A stretch of DNA of 64,000 bases, from positions 1,216,001-1,280,000 of the forward strand of contig OY760183.1 in NCBI GenBank assembly GCA_963663275.1, written 5' to 3'. The notes beneath the pieces were generated by a model. It ran no database searches, was not told the origin of the DNA, and saw nothing but the letters and a program-made list of their open reading frames with translations. A program made the translations under genes and the position numbers. Of this stretch, positions 57,784 to 64,000 are shown piece after piece. The DNA is from Chloroflexota bacterium (GTDB taxonomy: Bacteria; Chloroflexota; UBA11872; VXOZ01). Each line of letters begins with the position of its first letter. Position 1 is the first letter of the stretch.

Positions 57784-57851
57784 CAGAGTCTGGACTTGCA
57801 CAAATGACGGAGTTTGGACTTGTATGAATGACGGAGTCTGGACTTGCGCGT
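57714..57851. repeat. CGTC-type REP doublet overlapping the dxr 3' end, followed by three 24-bp tandem units
   Basis: Hairpin 57714-57785; ATGAC(A/G)GAGT(C/T)TGGACTTG units at 57780, 57804 and 57828. Confidence 0.88.
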
Positions 57852-57882
57852 TTGAAATTACATACCCGGAACGGTTCGCACA

Positions 57883-58911
57883 ATGGTAATCTCGATAGTA
57901 GCCTTCCTCTTCGTTCTCTCCTTTCTCGTGCTCGTGCATGAGATTGGGCATTTCGCGGCGGCGCGGTACATGGGCATTCGCGTCGTGGAGTTCGGCATCG
58001 GCTGGCCGCCCCGGCTCGTTTCGCGGCGCTACGGCGATACGCTCTACTCGCTCAACCTGCTGCCCCTGGGCGGTTTCGTGCGCATGTTTGGCGAATTCGG
58101 CGGCGTGGAGCCCGGCAGTTTCATGAGCAAGCGGCCGCGGGAGCGCGCGGTAGTAATCCTGGCCGGCGTTGCCATGAACTTCCTGATCGCGCCGGTGCTC
58201 TTCGCCTTCTCCTTCATGGCCGGTGAGCCGGTGAACACCGAGCGCATCTTCGTGCGCGAAGTGGTGGCGGAAAGTCCAGCGGCCGCGGTGGATCTCAAGG
58301 AGGGCGACCGCGTTCTCACAATCAACGGAACGGCCCTCACCACCCCGCAGCAATTCAGCGAGCAGATAGACCGCACCCCGGCGGGCACGCCCATTCGCCT
58401 CACGATTCTGCGGGAAGGCCAGGAACGGTCGCTGCGCGTCGTGCCCGCCTACAACCCGGACGTGGAGCGCCGCACGGTTGGCGTCGTCCTGCTGCCGGAG
58501 CGGACCGTCCAGCGTTACTTGCCGTGGGCGGCGGCCTGGCGCGGCGTGGAGCGCACCGGCGAGATCTTTGCGCTCCTCGGCATTGGGGTGGCCAGCATCA
58601 TTCGGGGTGAAGAAGAGGCGGACGTTATCGGGCCGGTGGGCATCGCCTCGTTGACCGGGCAAATCGCCCGCGCCGGTCTCTACCAACTCCTGACGTTCAC
58701 CGGATTCTTGAGTATGAACTTAGCCATCATCAATCTTCTGCCCTTTCCCGGCCTGGACGGCGCGCGGTTCGTCTTCACCGTGGTGGAGATGATACGGGGA
58801 CGTCCCATGAATCCCCGGCGGGAGGCGATCATCAACTTTACCGGCATTGTCATTCTGCTGGCGCTCATCGTGTTCATTACCTATCGTGACATTGCGCGGC
58901 TGTTGGGGTAG
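57883..58911 (+). CDS. rseP: RIP metalloprotease RseP (M50 family with PDZ domain)
   Basis: HEIGH, LPLGGFVRM, PDZ domain, NLLPFPGLDG; downstream of dxr. Confidence 0.95.
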   Translation: MVISIVAFLFVLSFLVLVHEIGHFAAARYMGIRVVEFGIGWPPRLVSRRYGDTLYSLNLLPLGGFVRMFGEFGGVEPGSFMSKRPRERAVVILAGVAMNFLIAPVLFAFSFMAGEPVNTERIFVREVVAESPAAAVDLKEGDRVLTINGTALTTPQQFSEQIDRTPAGTPIRLTILREGQERSLRVVPAYNPDVERRTVGVVLLPERTVQRYLPWAAAWRGVERTGEIFALLGIGVASIIRGEEEADVIGPVGIASLTGQIARAGLYQLLTFTGFLSMNLAIINLLPFPGLDGARFVFTVVEMIRGRPMNPRREAIINFTGIVILLALIVFITYRDIARLLG

Positions 58912-58976
58912 CGCAGTGTGCTACAATGTGGAGCGTCCTCCCACCGCCCTGAGGGTGCAGCGCAGGGAAATCGCGC

Positions 58977-60122
58977 GTGTCACAGGTTTTTTCCTTTCGG
59001 ATTCCACAGGTCTTCCACGTTGGCCCCGGTGTCTATCGCCGCCTGCCGGCGTTGGCGCGCGCCCACGCGCCGGAGCGCTTACTGCTGATTACCGATGCCG
59101 GTCTGGTGGACGCGGGCGTCGCGCCGCTGGTGGAAGACGCGCTGACCGGCGCCGGCATCGCGGTGGCGCGCTATCAGGACATTCCGGCGGAACCGCATCT
59201 CGAAGACGTGGAGCGGTGCCGCGCTTTTGCCGCCGCCCAGGGCGCGGCGGCGGTGGTGGGCGTGGGGGGCGGGAGCGTGCTCGACGCCGCCAAGATCGTC
59301 GGCGGCTTCGCGGCTTGCGCGCAGCCGCTGGAGAGTCTGCTCGACCGTGAAGACGAATCCATCGCGCCCGGGTTGCCGCTCTTCCTCCTGCCCACCACGG
59401 CCGGCTCGGGCGCGGAGGCCACGGCCGGCGCGACCGTGACCTATCGAGGTCGGAAACGCCGCCTGGTGGGACGCTGTCCGCAGCCGGTGGTTGCCCTCAT
59501 CGACCCCACCTTCACCCGCAGCCTGCCGCGCGGCGTCACGCTGGCCAGCGGCCTGGACGCGCTGACCCACGCGCTGGAGTCTCACGCCGCGCGCCGCGCC
59601 GGCCCCATGAGCCAACTGTATTCGCGGGAAGCCTATCAATTGATCATGGAGTGGCTGCCCCGCGCGCTGGCGGATGGGGACGACCTGGAGGCGCGCGGCA
59701 AGATGGCGCACGCGGCGCTGTACGCCGGCATCGCGGTGGCGAACGCCGGCGCCGGCGCGGTGCACGCCCTGGCGTATCCCCTGGGCGGCCGCGCGTCTGC
59801 GCTGCCCCACGGCATCGCGAACGCCATTCTGCTGCCCCACGTGCTGCGGCGAAACATCGCCGCCTGCCCCGATGCCTACGCGGCTCTCGGCAACGAGAAC
59901 GACGCGCGCGGCGCGGCGGCGGAGGCCGACGCCGTGCTGGACGCGGTGCGGGAACTACTCGACGCGCTGGAAACGCCCGCCCGGCTCGCCGACTTTGGCG
60001 TGCAGCGGGCCGCGTTGCCCGCGCTGGCGCAAGAGGCGCACACAATCCGGCGGCTTCTGGACAATAACGTCCGCCGCTTCGAGGTCGATGAAATCGAAGC
60101 GCTCTACGCGGCCGCGTGGTGA
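58977..60122 (+). CDS. Iron-containing alcohol dehydrogenase
   Basis: GGGSVLDAAK, PTTAGSGAE, DALTHALES, VHALAY, HG.AN. Confidence 0.92.
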   Translation: MSQVFSFRIPQVFHVGPGVYRRLPALARAHAPERLLLITDAGLVDAGVAPLVEDALTGAGIAVARYQDIPAEPHLEDVERCRAFAAAQGAAAVVGVGGGSVLDAAKIVGGFAACAQPLESLLDREDESIAPGLPLFLLPTTAGSGAEATAGATVTYRGRKRRLVGRCPQPVVALIDPTFTRSLPRGVTLASGLDALTHALESHAARRAGPMSQLYSREAYQLIMEWLPRALADGDDLEARGKMAHAALYAGIAVANAGAGAVHALAYPLGGRASALPHGIANAILLPHVLRRNIAACPDAYAALGNENDARGAAAEADAVLDAVRELLDALETPARLADFGVQRAALPALAQEAHTIRRLLDNNVRRFEVDEIEALYAAAW

Positions 60123-62449
60123 CACCTATGGAAGTTCAGCGACAACGACCGTTCATCTTCGACCTGGCCGCCTTGGCGAGTTTCCTGCTCATCGCGCTGG
60201 TGTTCTTTTGGAAATCGGTCCTGGGACAGGGCGTCATCGGCGGCGCCGACCTGGTCTTGCAGTTCTACCCCTACAAAGCCTACGCCCGCGACCTGATCAG
60301 CCAGGGGGAGTTGCCGCTCTGGAACCCCCTCGTCTACCTTGGCGCGCCCCTGCTCGCCAACGCGCAGGCGGGACTGCTCTATCCGCCTAACGTCCTCTTC
60401 CTGCTCTTCTCGTTCCCCTCGGCCCTCACGTGGAGCGCGGTGCTGCACGTCTGGTGGGCGTTGGCCGGGATGTACCTCTTCTTGCGGCACGGGCTGGGCA
60501 CAACGGTCTTCGGGGCGTGGATTGGCGCGTTGTGCTTTGGCGCGGGCGGCTTCCTGCTGCCGCACCTGGAGCAATTGCATCTGGCGCATACCGCCGCGTG
60601 GCTGCCGTGGCTGCTGCTTTGCGCGCGCCGCGCCAGCGTGCCGCCCGCCACCACGTGGCTGCTGTTGGGGGGCATCGCCACGGCCTTTAGCTTCACCGCC
60701 GGGCACACCCAGGCGTTCTACTACGCGTTTGGCGCGGTCGGCTTGTTCTGCGCGTTCCTGCTCTTCGCGCCGCCGCCCGAACAGTCCTCGCGCTGGTGGC
60801 CGTTGTTCGTGCCGGTAATCTTCCTGGTGATTGGGGGCATTCTGAGCGCGGCGCAACTCCTGCCCACGCTGGAAGCGATGGCGCACGCCTACGCCGGCGG
60901 CGCGGCCTTGCCGGAATCAGCGGCGGCGGTGAACCGGAGTGAAGTCTTGTACTCGCTGCTGCCGCGCTACTGGGCGGGGCCGGGAGTGGGGGCGGTCGGC
61001 TACATTGGCGCGGGCGGCGCGCTGCTGGCCTTCTTCGGCGCCGTGCAGGTGGCGCGGGAGAGGTGGGTGGGCTTCTTTCTCTTTCTCGTGGTGTTTGGCT
61101 TCATCCTGGCGCTGGGCGCGGCCACGCCTTTCTATGGGATGCTGCACGCGGTAATGCCCGGGTCGGGGGCGTTCCAGGCGGCCGGGCCGTGGTTGCTGCT
61201 CGTCAGCTTCGGCCTGGCGGCGCTGGCGGCGCTGGGCGCGGACCGGCTGCGCGACGACATCCGCCCGGAGGAACGGCGCCGTCTGGCGCAGGCGCTCCTT
61301 CTGGGCACCGTGGCGATCCTCATCGCGCTGCTCGCCCTCATGGCCCGCATGTATCTTGCCGGCGCGGAGCAGGCATTGCCGGAGCCCCGGGTCGTGCTGT
61401 TTTGGACCATAGCCGGCGCTCTCGTCTACGCCGCGATTCTACTGACGCTCAGCCACGGCACGGCCAACGTGTTGGCCTATTCGCTGGTGGGCGTGATTGT
61501 GGTCGTGGAACTCTTCTACGCCTCCCGGCCGCTGGCGTTCAACCGGGTTATGCCGCCGGAGATCTACGCGCCGACGGTCGCCACGCGCCAACTGGCGCAG
61601 CACTGGAGCGGCGCGCGCTACGTCAGCATTGCGGCGGAACGTTTTCCGTTGGAAGATGAAGAGGCGCGCACACGCGACCTCCTGGAGACGTTGCCCGCCG
61701 CGTGGGCGGAGCGCGCCCTGGCGTATGCCAAGTACAGCGAGGAACTGCGCCCCAATCTCAATCTCGCCGTGGGGTTGGCCAGCGCCGACGGCTACGACGC
61801 CGGCGTAGTGCCCAGCCGCCACTACGCCGATCTGCGCGCGGCTCTGGGCGATGCGGCCCAGCCGCCGGACGCGGCGCTGTGGGGCGTGCTGAACGTGCGC
61901 TATCTGATCGCGGACCTGGAGCAGACCGCGCCGGGGCCGGGGTGGGAACTGATCGGCCAGGCAAGGCCGGAAGGCCCGCTGCTCTTCGAGAACACCGCCG
62001 TCTTGCCCCGCGCCTTCATCGTCTACGAAACGGTGGTGGACGACGATCCCCAACGGCTGCGGACACTGGACGCGGCCCGGCAGGCGCTCGTGCCGCGGCC
62101 GATACCGGAACTGGTGGGCGCCACCGGCGCGCCCGCGCCCGCCGCGATCACGTCGGCATCCGCGCTGCGCGTGGTCGTCCAGGCGGCAACCCCGCGCCCG
62201 GGCCTGCTGGTGCTCTCCGACGCTTTCTATCCGGGGTGGACGGCCACGATCGACGGCAATCCGGCGGAGGTGCATCGGGTGAATACGGCCCTGCGCGGCG
62301 TGCTGCTCCCCTCGGGCGAACATACCGTGGTCTTCCAGTACGCGTCGCGCTGGTTTCAAGTCGGCGCCGCTACCAGCGTGATCAGTTGGCTGCTGGCGCT
62401 GCTCGTCTTCCTGCCGCGCATCCTCCGCCCCGGCGGCAGACGGCGGTGA
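60119..62449 (+). CDS. YfhO-family (GT-C fold) membrane protein
   Basis: D...QFYP, PLWNP...G.P, many TM segments, C-terminal LVLSDAFYPGW.A.IDG; GTGA overlap with the ADH stop. Confidence 0.85.
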   Translation: MTPMEVQRQRPFIFDLAALASFLLIALVFFWKSVLGQGVIGGADLVLQFYPYKAYARDLISQGELPLWNPLVYLGAPLLANAQAGLLYPPNVLFLLFSFPSALTWSAVLHVWWALAGMYLFLRHGLGTTVFGAWIGALCFGAGGFLLPHLEQLHLAHTAAWLPWLLLCARRASVPPATTWLLLGGIATAFSFTAGHTQAFYYAFGAVGLFCAFLLFAPPPEQSSRWWPLFVPVIFLVIGGILSAAQLLPTLEAMAHAYAGGAALPESAAAVNRSEVLYSLLPRYWAGPGVGAVGYIGAGGALLAFFGAVQVARERWVGFFLFLVVFGFILALGAATPFYGMLHAVMPGSGAFQAAGPWLLLVSFGLAALAALGADRLRDDIRPEERRRLAQALLLGTVAILIALLALMARMYLAGAEQALPEPRVVLFWTIAGALVYAAILLTLSHGTANVLAYSLVGVIVVVELFYASRPLAFNRVMPPEIYAPTVATRQLAQHWSGARYVSIAAERFPLEDEEARTRDLLETLPAAWAERALAYAKYSEELRPNLNLAVGLASADGYDAGVVPSRHYADLRAALGDAAQPPDAALWGVLNVRYLIADLEQTAPGPGWELIGQARPEGPLLFENTAVLPRAFIVYETVVDDDPQRLRTLDAARQALVPRPIPELVGATGAPAPAAITSASALRVVVQAATPRPGLLVLSDAFYPGWTATIDGNPAEVHRVNTALRGVLLPSGEHTVVFQYASRWFQVGAATSVISWLLALLVFLPRILRPGGRRR

Positions 62450-62670
62450 TGCCCAGGCGCGTCCCCGCCGCTTGCGCCTGCGCGGAAGCAAACCGGAGCG
62501 GGGGCCAAATTTTCGCTTGCTCAGAGCGCACGTAGATTCCTCGCTGCGCTCTGAATGACGGTTGCCGCGCCTCTCGGGCTGCAACGCTGCGCCTCTCGCG
62601 CCGCATCGCTAAGCCTCTCGAGCTCCATTGCAAAGCCTCTCCCGCGCACTCCGCACCCGGTCGATAGGGG

Positions 62671-62743
62671 TGCGCAGGTTACAAACCTACGCTACCGGAG
62701 TGCGCTGTTCAGGGGACGCAGGTTGTGCAAACCTACGCTACCG
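62671..62743. repeat. Direct tandem pair of GTAG REPs (inverted orientation)
   Basis: CGCAGGTT..CAAACCTACGCTACCG twice, about 45 bp apart. Confidence 0.75.
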
Positions 62744-62757
62744 CTTCTCTTGACTTA

Positions 62758-62953
62758 GAGCCTGTTTACGATCTGCTAAGTGGGGAGTTTTCAAAGCCGA
62801 TAAAGACCGTTGGTGCTGAGCACTTCGGCAAGCTCAGTACAGGCCTGTCGAAGCATGAACGGCTATTCGCCATCGTGCGGCGGTTCCGTTCACCCTTCGA
62901 CGCGGCTCAGGGCGAACCGTCCTCGTTCAGACAAGACGATCGTAAACAGGCTC
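62758..62953 (+). mobile_element. MITE family B with perfect IS5-like TIRs
   Basis: GAGCCTGTTTACGATC...GATCGTAAACAGGCTC (16-bp perfect TIR) flanked by TTA/TTA. Confidence 0.9.
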
Positions 62954-62991
62954 TTAGGCGCGCGGCGGATGGGGCTTGGAATTTAGACGGG

Positions 62992-64000
62992 CTAGTCTAC
63001 GCCGCTGACGGCGCCGGCGGCGTCGATGGTCATGCCGTCGGCGGCGGGCGTGGCGGGCAGGCCCGGTAGGGTCATGATGTCGCCGGTCATGGGGATGATG
63101 AAGCCCGCGCCGGCCGCCAGCTTGACCTCGCGCACGGTGATGGTGAAGCCAGTGGGACGGCCCAGCAGGCGCGGGTTATCGGAGAACGAGGACTGGGTCT
63201 TGGCCATGCAGATCGGCAACTTGCCGAAGCCGCGCCGTTCGAGTTGCCGCAGGGCGCGGCTGGCGGCCGGCGCGTAGTTCACCTTGGCCGCGCCGTAGAT
63301 CTCGGCGGCGACGGTCGCGATCTTCTCTTTCAGCGGCGCGTCGTCGGGATAGAGCAACTGGAACGCGCCCGGCCGCGCATTCTCCACCAGCGGCAGCACC
63401 GCTTCCGCCAAGGCCCGGCCGCCGTCTATGCCGCCGCCGAAAACGTCGGTATCGGCAACGGGCACGCCGGCCGCGGCGCAAAAGTCCGCAACGGCGCGCA
63501 TCTCGTTGGCGGTGTCGGAGGGAAAGCGGTTGAGCGCCACCACCAGGTCGAGCCCAAACCGCTTGATGTTCTCGATATGCTTCCCCAGGTTGGCGAGGCC
63601 CTTGGACACGGCGTCCGTATTCTCCGTCTCCAGGTCGGCGGGGCGCACGCCGCCGTGGAGCTTGAGGGCGCGCACGGTGGCTACCAGCGCCACGGCGTCC
63701 GGCGCCAGGCCGGCGCGGCGGCACTTGATGTTGAAGAACTTTTCCGCGCCCAGGTCGGTGCCAAAGCCGGCCTCGGTGACCACGTAGTCGGCCAGTTTCA
63801 GGCCCACCCGCGTGGCGATGATGGAGTTGCAGCCGTGGGCGATGTTGCCAAAGGGGCCGCCGTGCACCAGCGCCGGCCCGCCGGCCATGTTCTGCGCCAG
63901 GTTGGGGTGAATGGCCTCGCGCAGCAGGATGGTCATGGCGGTGTGGGCGTTCAGGTCGGCGGCGGTGACCGGCCGGCGGTCGTACGTCTCGCCCACGATG
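62992..64000 (-). CDS. fhs: Formate--tetrahydrofolate ligase (3' part; 5' end outside the window)
   Basis: VHGGPFGNIAHGCNS, TEAGFGTDLGAEKFFNIKCR, PICMAKTQ, IMTLPGL. Confidence 0.97.
   Translation of the reverse strand, partial: IVGETYDRRPVTAADLNAHTAMTILLREAIHPNLAQNMAGGPALVHGGPFGNIAHGCNSIIATRVGLKLADYVVTEAGFGTDLGAEKFFNIKCRRAGLAPDAVALVATVRALKLHGGVRPADLETENTDAVSKGLANLGKHIENIKRFGLDLVVALNRFPSDTANEMRAVADFCAAAGVPVADTDVFGGGIDGGRALAEAVLPLVENARPGAFQLLYPDDAPLKEKIATVAAEIYGAAKVNYAPAASRALRQLERRGFGKLPICMAKTQSSFSDNPRLLGRPTGFTITVREVKLAAGAGFIIPMTGDIMTLPGLPATPAADGMTIDAAGAVSGVD

Noticed and set aside
54727-58686. 1319-aa minus-strand ORF
   Set aside because: Only 54727-56421 has protein motifs; the rest is stop-free antisense of dxr/rseP and translates through repeats.

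Overview
A high-GC bacterial chromosome segment, most likely Chloroflexota. That call is inferred from the short 4-domain RpsA, a ClpC rather than ClpA/B, and a DUF5656-like membrane protein; no 16S gene is present to confirm it. Core genes include mfd (5' partial), purA, a PPi-type pfk, clpC, rpsA, ybaB, recR, tRNA-Cys, hisD, hisB, a peptide ABC transporter operon, dxr, rseP and fhs (partial). They are interleaved with catabolic enzymes, two large beta-propeller repeat lipoproteins, and three small AT-richer TA/defence-like modules (HEPN-MNT, AAA+DUF3226-like, and a fused ABC-ATPase-TOPRIM). The most unusual structure is in the intergenic DNA. At least seven families of short palindromic repeats (REP-like) occur, with three recurring behaviours. 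(1) A ~146-bp MITE with CTGACAGGGGTA termini and 11-bp target duplications carries a REP hairpin with an invertible core and inserts at a fixed spot in another REP family. (2) REP termini plus locus-specific flank are tandemly duplicated and often decay with distance from the element. (3) A 28-bp GTAG palindrome has its perfect symmetry extended into different flanking DNA at each locus. No transposase, RAYT, integrase, RT or cas gene is in the window, so these elements must be mobilised in trans. A stand-alone triple Clp-N protein coupled to clpC is a candidate ClpC decoy or adaptor.
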